Positions 17,677 through 23,504 of a DNA stretch of 23,504 bases are shown here, piece by piece. A program made the translations under genes and the position numbers. The stretch's first letter is position 1; each line of letters opens with the position of its first letter. The stretch lies in assembly GCA_040770465.1 (NCBI GenBank), contig JAXGJB010000041.1:1-23504 (forward strand), written 5' to 3'. The stretch is from Methanothrix sp. GTDB lineage: Archaea > Halobacteriota > Methanosarcinia > Methanotrichales > Methanotrichaceae. A model generated the notes under the pieces. The model was not told the DNA's origin. It searched no databases and saw nothing but the letters and a program-made list of their open reading frames with translations.

Positions 17677-18114
17677 ATGTTCTTCGGCCGGAAGAGAGGC
17701 GGCGAGGGCGAGATCAAGGCCTTCGTCTCCATAAACTATGGAAGTGATAGGATCAGGCACCAGAAGGTTAAGCTTGCCTCCGGGGCCTCTGTCCTCGACG
17801 CCCTGAGGGCTTCGGCCGAGGTCGTCGCCACCCCGGACGAGAGCGCCACCGGCCACCTGGGATCGATGGTGACGGTAATAGACGGTTTTTCAAACGACAT
17901 CGACCACGCCTGGCTCTACTACGTCTTCGAGCGGGGCGATGCTGGCTGGCGGATCCCAATGGAGATGCCCGATAGCCTCGCGGTCTCAGACGGCATGAAG
18001 ATCGGATGGAGGCTCTACAACTTCGGGGAACGGGGGCCGGTCCCAAGGGAGGGCCCCCTCTGGTCGAGCCGCTGCGCCAGCAAGACCAGGACCTGCGCCC
18101 GCCAGTTCCCTTGA
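17677..18114 (+). CDS. DUF4430 / transcobalamin-like beta-domain protein
   Basis: From ATG 17677: SINYG...SVLDAL...MVTVIDG...WLYYV...VSDGMKIGW, the DUF4430 pattern. No signal peptide visible. Confidence 0.7.
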   Translation: MFFGRKRGGEGEIKAFVSINYGSDRIRHQKVKLASGASVLDALRASAEVVATPDESATGHLGSMVTVIDGFSNDIDHAWLYYVFERGDAGWRIPMEMPDSLAVSDGMKIGWRLYNFGERGPVPREGPLWSSRCASKTRTCARQFP

Positions 18115-18264
18115 AGGAAAGGCCGCAAACCGCTGAGACCCGCCACCGAGGGATCGCCCTGATTTCTTCATCCCAATTATGGGAAGAAGACTAGGCGTTT
18201 CGGACGATGCCCGATAGAACTAAGTACGTTACAGCCTTACTTAATTGCTGGAGGAATCCGGCAT

Positions 18265-18663
18265 ATGACTGATTATTGGGCAAGGTGGTGCGAGAAACTT
18301 CAGCAAATCGCGAAGCCCTACGAGCCTCTCGATGTGGAGATGGCTCCTCCAATACTTCCCAGAGAGGGCCTACTCGAGTATTACAGGTGCCTTGAGAGCC
18401 TTTTGAGGCCCCTCGACCTCCTCCAGGAGAACAGGGAATCACCCGGTGACCGCCTGATCGAGAACTACGAAGCCCTGGAGGAACGGCTCGTGAGCCTATC
18501 TGCAGTCCATCCGTGGTTCTCAGAGGACGAGTCCACCCAGGAGCTGATCGCTCTTCTTGAAGTCCTCACCGCCAATCGGAGCGTCGATTGGGAGCTATTC
18601 GATGAGAAGATCAAGATCCTGAAGAGGAGGATCGAGGAGCTTGAGAGGAGATCGGGCTCCTGA
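18265..18663 (+). CDS. Hypothetical protein, acidic and predicted helical
   Basis: 132 aa ORF with SD ggagg upstream and a coiled-coil-like C-terminus (FDEKIKILKRRIEELERR). No family recognised. Confidence 0.7.
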   Translation: MTDYWARWCEKLQQIAKPYEPLDVEMAPPILPREGLLEYYRCLESLLRPLDLLQENRESPGDRLIENYEALEERLVSLSAVHPWFSEDESTQELIALLEVLTANRSVDWELFDEKIKILKRRIEELERRSGS

Positions 18664-18716
18664 TTGCCCGACAATAGAAGATGCTGACGATGAGGGATGC
18701 TCATAAGGACGGCGCA

Positions 18717-18862
18717 TAAAAGAGTCGAGGATGCCCGGCCCCGTCGAGGGGTCGGGGCACCTCCTCTGCCATCAAGGCAGCGGTGATGTCGTGCGTCTCA
18801 CCGCATGATGGCGGGCTCGGTTGCGGTTCTTCTATGGATAGATGGAAACGCTTTACACGACA
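18717..18862. ncRNA. Candidate structured small RNA
   Basis: Three abutting hairpins at 18727-18763, 18766-18780 and 18780-18804. Minus-strand BRE/TATA cgaaaagtttatta at 18897..18884 has no convincing CDS behind it. Confidence 0.35.
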
Positions 18863-18968
18863 AACTGAGATCATACCATTTAGTAATAAACTTTTCGATT
18901 GAACTGCTACGAAAGTCGAACGTCCCTGACCTTCGAGGCAGGAGATGGGATATAGGATCAGAAGAGAA

Positions 18969-18994
18969 GGGCGCAAGTTTCGATGCTTGCGCCC
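18969..18994 (-). terminator. Hairpin downstream of the tRNA-Tyr/tRNA-Asp pair
   Basis: gggcgcaag-N8-cttgcgccc, a 9-bp stem followed on the minus strand by ttctcttc. Confidence 0.5.
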
Positions 18995-19003
18995 CCCATT
19001 CAG

Positions 19004-19076
19004 CGCCCGGACCGGGAGTCGAACCCGGGTCGAAGCCTCGACAGGGCTTCATGATAGGCCTCTACACTATCCGGAC
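19004..19076 (-). tRNA. tRNA-Asp (GTC)
   Basis: Acceptor GTCCGGA/TCCGGGC+G, anticodon arm AAGCC-CTGTCGA-GGCTT, T arm CCGGG-TTCGACT-CCCGG. Confidence 0.97.
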
Positions 19077-19087
19077 TCAAAGCAAGG

Positions 19088-19194
19088 TCCCGCCTCCCAG
19101 ATTCGAACCGGGGACATCGCGGTAGCCGCACGGTGCGCCTTCTGGCGCGAAACCTACTACAGCCGCGCACTCTACCAGGCTGAGTTAAGGCGGG
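19088..19194 (-). tRNA. tRNA-Tyr (GTA) with 33-nt intron at 37/38 (intron 19124-19156)
   Basis: Acceptor CCCGCCT/AGGCGGG+A with the archaeal Tyr C1-G72 pair. CGCGG-CTGTAG[intron]A-CCGCG. Bulge-helix-bulge: CUGU pairs with intron GCGG, bulges AG^U and CU^A. Confidence 0.96.
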
Positions 19195-19361
19195 TCCAAC
19201 GATGCAAAGCCATTCTCGTATTTAGCCCTTTCGATTAGTATGGGCTTGGCGCATATCCGTTTCTGAAAGTGGAGCGTCAAAAGCTATAAACGAGGATCAC
19301 TGTCTTTCTCCGGGCTGTCAAGCCCAAAGACCCTCCCTCCTGGCAAAAGGTTTGTGATATC

Positions 19362-19895
19362 ATGCTGATTGGTCTAATGTCCGACTCCCACGACAACTTC
19401 CCCGGCCTTCTGGAGGCCGTGGCGATCTTCAAGAAACGGAACGTCGAGATGATCCTCCACGCCGGCGACGTAATAGCCCCCGGAATGTGCTACGCCTTCG
19501 AGGGGTGGACTGGGGAACTCAAGCTTGTCTACGGGAACAACGATGGCGACCGAACTGGCCTCAAGCGCGACTTCGGTCGGGTGGGGGGCGAGTTTCTCGA
19601 GGATTTCGGCGAGGTCGAGGCCGACGGCAGATCGATCGCCCTCCTCCACGGAACCTACGAGCCCCTGGTGACGTCTCTCGTGGATTCGGGCCGCTACGAC
19701 GTCGTCGTCCGGGGGCACGACCACCACGTGAGGGTCGTTCCTGGAGACTCCCTGATGATCAACCCCGGGGAGGTCTGGGGCCACTTCACCGGCCGGAAGA
19801 CGGTGGCGATCCTGGATACAGAGTCGCTTGCAACGGAGATCGTCGAGATGGGATCTCGCCCCTCCATCCTCGACATGACCGGTCGGCGTCCATAA
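19362..19895 (+). CDS. Metallophosphoesterase (YfcE/MJ0936 family)
   Basis: SDSHDN, HAGD, GNND, LHG, GHDH and INPG motifs. Confidence 0.92.
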   Translation: MLIGLMSDSHDNFPGLLEAVAIFKKRNVEMILHAGDVIAPGMCYAFEGWTGELKLVYGNNDGDRTGLKRDFGRVGGEFLEDFGEVEADGRSIALLHGTYEPLVTSLVDSGRYDVVVRGHDHHVRVVPGDSLMINPGEVWGHFTGRKTVAILDTESLATEIVEMGSRPSILDMTGRRP

Positions 19896-19947
19896 TCGGG
19901 AAACGGGAGCGGATCGTGGCCTATCTTGTGGAGGCGTGACGAAAGGC

Positions 19948-20400
19948 ATGACAGAAGGCATCTTTCTTGAGCCCCTCGGCGTCTATCTCCTGGTGGAGAG
20001 GCGCGATGGCCTGATCGGGAAGACCAGATTCTCCGCCGAGAGGCCGGGGGGCTCCGTCCCGCCGGAGGACGAAGAGGCTCTTCTGAGATGCTGGCCTGGA
20101 GGCGAGGAGGTCCCCTGGGACCTCCTAGACCTCTCGGGTCTCACCGAGTTTCAGAGGGGGGTTTTGGAGGTCACGTCCAGGATCCCTCTCGGCGAGAGCC
20201 TGACCTATGGCCAGGTGGCCGAAAGGCTCGGCAGGCCCAAAGCCGCGAGGGCTGTGGGCCAGGCTCTGGGAAAAAATCCGTTCCCGCTGATAATTCCATG
20301 CCACAGGGTGGTGGGATCGAGGAGCATCGGAGGCTACAGTTCCGGCGTCGAGCTGAAACGGAGGCTTCTGGAGATCGAGAGGGAGATCTGCCAGAAATAG
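19948..20400 (+). CDS. ogt: Methylated-DNA-[protein]-cysteine S-methyltransferase (alternative start GTG 19936)
   Basis: TYGQVA, AARAVG, NPFPLIIPCHRVV (active-site PCHR), GGYS and KRRLLEIE. Confidence 0.95.
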   Translation: MTEGIFLEPLGVYLLVERRDGLIGKTRFSAERPGGSVPPEDEEALLRCWPGGEEVPWDLLDLSGLTEFQRGVLEVTSRIPLGESLTYGQVAERLGRPKAARAVGQALGKNPFPLIIPCHRVVGSRSIGGYSSGVELKRRLLEIEREICQK

Positions 20401-20434
20401 GGAGGCTAATAGGGAGTCTTTTTGGGACGACGTC

Positions 20435-21151
20435 TCAGACGGGCGAAGGACGCGCCCAGGATGGTGAAAGTTCCCCCCTCAGAATTCGGCGCTTCACATC
20501 GTTTACATGCTGATCTGCCAAAAAACACGGCTCAGGAAGCTTGTGGTTCCGGAGGTACCGCCGGGCGAGGTCCAGGGCGGCCTCGACCGAAACCCGGTGA
20601 CCTGGAGCCACCACGATCGGTCTGCACCTCTTTTTTGATAAGAACACGTACCCCACCGTTTCTCCCTGATGGACCAGGGGCGAGGCGTCCCCCACCCGAC
20701 GGGGCGGATCGAAGGTGCCGCAGAGGACGTTCTTGCTGACGCCCACTGTGGGCATGTCCAGGGCGACGCCGATCATGCTCGCGAGCCCCGCCCTCCGGGG
20801 ATGGTTGATCCCGCAGCCGTCGACGAAGAGGACTGTGGGGGCCGGGTCGAGCCTCCTCGCTGCCTCCACCGCGGCAGGTCCCTCCCGGAAAAAGAGAAGA
20901 CCGGGAATGTAGGGAAAAGTCGTTTCGATGACCGCCCAGGATCTGGATGGAGGCTGGAGGGACGAACCTATGGCGACGGCCCCGCTGATCACCAGCTCTT
21001 CGCCGTCGTTTTTGGATATGAAGGCCTGGTCGACTCCGGCTATCACCTCTTCGGAGAACCGGTCCACCAGGACGACCCTGGCTGCGACGTCGTCCTGGAG
21101 GGAGAATAAACGCCTCCTCTCTTCGGCGGAGGGGGCCGGAGAGGAGGGCAC
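20435..21151 (-). CDS. nfi: Endonuclease V
   Basis: GVDQAF, FPYIPGLLFFREGP, VDGCGINHPRRAGLAS, PTVGVSK, PGHRVS and KLPEP. Confidence 0.95.
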   Translation of the reverse strand: MPSSPAPSAEERRRLFSLQDDVAARVVLVDRFSEEVIAGVDQAFISKNDGEELVISGAVAIGSSLQPPSRSWAVIETTFPYIPGLLFFREGPAAVEAARRLDPAPTVLFVDGCGINHPRRAGLASMIGVALDMPTVGVSKNVLCGTFDPPRRVGDASPLVHQGETVGYVFLSKKRCRPIVVAPGHRVSVEAALDLARRYLRNHKLPEPCFLADQHVNDVKRRILRGELSPSWARPSPV

Positions 21152-22153
21152 CTACTTCGCCCCGGTGTAGGGGACGGTCTGGCTGAGGTTTATGGCGAGC
21201 TCGCCGATGTTTTTGATGTAGTCGAGCATACGCTCGATGCTGGTGGCCACCATCCTCAGGAGGGCGTCCTCGTGTTCGTCCGATGAGCTGGCGGCCGATA
21301 CCATCGTGTTGATCTGTCTTCGGAGCTGCCGGGAGAGCTCGATCACCTCGTTCGCCTTCACCGAGTTGAGCAAGACAAGGGACGATATCGAGTCCTCGAT
21401 GAGGCCCATAAGCTGCGGCGATATCCGGCTCATCTCATCGATTATGTCGGCAGGAAGGGTGCAGTCGCACTTGAGGATCATCTCCGCAACCTTGGCAGCG
21501 TGGTCTGCCATCCGCTCGAGGTTTGTGGCGGCCCTGGTGTAGTTGAAGGCGGTGATGGGGTCGAGGGACTCCTGCTTCACCGAGCCGGACCTCAGGATCT
21601 CGGTGAACTGGCGCGAGACGAGCAGATAAAGCCTGTCTACGTCGTCGTCCCTCTGGATGACGTCGGCGGCCATCTCCCGGTCGTTGGTCAACATGGAGCC
21701 GAGGGCGTCCTGGATCATCGACCTCACCACCGTCTTTATCCTCCGGAGGGCCCGCTCCGACTGGAGCTCCTCGGGGTCGATCAGATCCTGTATCAGGACC
21801 TTGTTCACCGTCTCCTCCAGGATCTCCGGGCCGATCAGCTTCTGAACGATCGAGTGGATGTCCCTCTTCTGGTCTGCGGTCATGTGGGTCGAGGCGACCT
21901 CGATCGTCCTGTACCCTGAGACGTAACAGCCGATGATGTCCCTCACCAGGGCGTCACCAACTTTGTCGGCGATCTCAAGCCTGGTGGCCAGCTCCCTCTC
22001 GGACCTGTCGGGGGTTAGGACGAGAGCGCCGTTCTCGCTCTGGTTGATGTAGATCAAGGAGCCTGGCTGGATGTCGTTTTTTACCGCCCAGAGCTTGGGG
22101 AGGGAGACGATGAATGTCGACTTTCCCGTCCGCTGAACTTTCCTGGTCTCCAT
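21152..22153 (-). CDS. phoU: Phosphate uptake regulator, AbrB-like N-terminus plus PhoU domains
   Basis: METRKVQRTGKSTFIVSLPKLW (AbrB-type), then DDDVDRLY and LERMADHA (PhoU). Confidence 0.92.
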   Translation of the reverse strand: METRKVQRTGKSTFIVSLPKLWAVKNDIQPGSLIYINQSENGALVLTPDRSERELATRLEIADKVGDALVRDIIGCYVSGYRTIEVASTHMTADQKRDIHSIVQKLIGPEILEETVNKVLIQDLIDPEELQSERALRRIKTVVRSMIQDALGSMLTNDREMAADVIQRDDDVDRLYLLVSRQFTEILRSGSVKQESLDPITAFNYTRAATNLERMADHAAKVAEMILKCDCTLPADIIDEMSRISPQLMGLIEDSISSLVLLNSVKANEVIELSRQLRRQINTMVSAASSSDEHEDALLRMVATSIERMLDYIKNIGELAINLSQTVPYTGAK

Positions 22154-22166
22154 AAAACCCGCTCAA

Positions 22167-22841
22167 TCAGTTGAGATGTTCCCGCTTCGCCTCGACCATG
22201 TATATGATGCTCTCGCATATGTTGCATACGTGATCTGCGATCCTCTCCAGGTGCTTGTTGACCAGGAGAAGGGGCGTTGCATCCTCGATGAGGTCGGGGT
22301 TACCTCCGATGATCTTGAGGAGGGTGTCTCTCACCTTCTGGTAGAGGGAATCCACCTCGTAATCCCATTTCGTCGTCTCCCGGGCGAGTTCAGCATCGTT
22401 CTCCTTGAAGGCACGGTTGGCATGGACCAGCATCTGCCCTGATATCTCCGCCATCCTCGGTATGTTCTTCAGGCTCTTGACGTGGACCTTGTTTTTGGAG
22501 TGGACCACGATCCGAGCTATGTCCACCGCAAGATCGCCGATCCGCTCAAGGTCGATATCGATCTTAAGGGTGGTTACGATCAGCCTGAGGTCTTTTGCCA
22601 TGGGTTGCTGGAGGGCCAAAAGCTGCATGCAACGCTTCTCTATCCTCAGGCTCAGATCGTTGATCATCTGGTCGTCTCTTATGACCTCTCGCGCCTTATC
22701 CACGTCGTACTCGCGGAGGGCATCCACCGACTTGGCCACCGCCACGCCGACCAGATCCACCAGATTCTCCGCGTCTATCTTGAGCTCTTCAAGCTCCTTG
22801 TGATAACGCTCTCTATAGGGACTCATCTCACCCCACTCCAT
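22167..22841 (-). CDS. phoU: Phosphate signalling protein PhoU (start 22841 or 22826)
   Basis: LALQQPMAKDLR, DLERIGDLAVDIA and LERIADHVCNICE. Confidence 0.95.
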   Translation of the reverse strand: MEWGEMSPYRERYHKELEELKIDAENLVDLVGVAVAKSVDALREYDVDKAREVIRDDQMINDLSLRIEKRCMQLLALQQPMAKDLRLIVTTLKIDIDLERIGDLAVDIARIVVHSKNKVHVKSLKNIPRMAEISGQMLVHANRAFKENDAELARETTKWDYEVDSLYQKVRDTLLKIIGGNPDLIEDATPLLLVNKHLERIADHVCNICESIIYMVEAKREHLN

Positions 22842-22849
22842 CGATTAAC

Positions 22850-23504
22850 TCATCCGAACCGGCCCGTTATGTAATCCTCTGTGCTCTTCTTTTGGGGGTT
22901 CTCGAAGATCTCTTTCGTCTCGCCGAACTCGATCAGCTCGCCGAGGAGGAAGTAGGCGGTGTAGTCGGAGACCCGAGCCGCTTGCTGCATGTTGTGGGTC
23001 ACGATCACCTGGGTGTACGACCCTCTCAGCTCGTCCATCAGCTCCTCGATCTTCCCCGTCGATAAAGGGTCCAGAGCGCTGCAGGGCTCGTCGAAGAGGA
23101 TGACGTCCGGCTTCATTGCCAGGGCCCTGGCGATGCAGAGCCTCTGCTGCTGACCGCCGGATAGCCCCATGGCAGGCTTATCGAGCCGGTCGGAGACCTC
23201 GCCCCAGAGGGCGGCCTTTTTGAGGCTCTCTTCAACGATCTTGTCCACGTTCTTCACTCCGTGAATCCGAGGGCCGTAGGCGATGTTGTCGTAGATGGAC
23301 ATGGGAAAGGGGTTTGGCTTCTGAAATACCATACCGATGTTCTTTCGAAGCTCCACCACGTCCGTATCTTTGTCGTAGATGTTGACGCCGTTGTAGAGGA
23401 CCTCGCCATCGATACGGACGATGTCGACGAGGTCGTTCATCCGGTTGAGACAGCGGATGAATGTGGACTTCCCGCACCCCGAAGGGCCTATCAGCGCCGT
23501 GATA
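22850..23504 (-). CDS. pstB: Phosphate ABC transporter ATP-binding protein (5' end outside the window)
   Basis: The frame stays open to the window edge: [24 protein letters not shown]. Also [28 protein letters not shown] and YITGRFG. Confidence 0.97.
   Translation of the reverse strand, partial: ITALIGPSGCGKSTFIRCLNRMNDLVDIVRIDGEVLYNGVNIYDKDTDVVELRKNIGMVFQKPNPFPMSIYDNIAYGPRIHGVKNVDKIVEESLKKAALWGEVSDRLDKPAMGLSGGQQQRLCIARALAMKPDVILFDEPCSALDPLSTGKIEELMDELRGSYTQVIVTHNMQQAARVSDYTAYFLLGELIEFGETKEIFENPQKKSTEDYITGRFG

Noticed and set aside
17526-17732. First 69 codons of the 1067-aa ORF
   Set aside because: They overlap the divergent DUF4430 gene and promoter-like sequence, and would bury the signal peptide.
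9940-19040. Intact integrated element with att repeats at tRNA-Arg or tRNA-Asp
   Set aside because: By eye I found no duplicated tRNA 3' end, integrase or transposase.
19124-19156. tRNA-Tyr intron as a novelty
   Set aside because: Canonical 37/38 bulge-helix-bulge intron, common in archaea.

Overview
GC-rich archaeal DNA. Gene content points to a methanogen, most likely Methanothrix/Methanocrinis-like (inference). Left third: a partial geranylgeranyl-reductase-family gene, methanogenesis marker 14, a hypothetical gene, then the conserved exosome/proteasome/RNase P superoperon (rpl15e, RNA-binding protein, rnp3, rnp2, psmA, SBDS, rrp4, rrp41, rrp42, rpl37ae, rpoP, Brix-like, pcc1, pfdB) ending in tRNA-Arg(TCT). 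Middle, about 9 kb between the inward-facing 3' ends of tRNA-Arg and tRNA-Asp: cooT, a lipoprotein, a divergent deoxyhypusine-synthase-like gene plus a bacterial-type speA, a degenerate small-gene remnant, a large NLR-like STAND (NB-ARC)-TPR gene, a DUF4430-like gene, a hypothetical gene and a hairpin-rich intergenic segment. Right end: tRNA-Asp, intron-containing tRNA-Tyr, a metallophosphoesterase, ogt, and pstB-phoU-phoU/AbrB-nfi. The best novelty candidate is the STAND-TPR gene. It has a signal peptide, stalk and transmembrane anchor where an enzymatic effector usually sits, the anchor is encoded by a low-GC segment, and ten near-identical 126-bp repeats vary mainly at a few fixed positions. 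All calls come from reading the sequence and recalling motifs; no searches were run.
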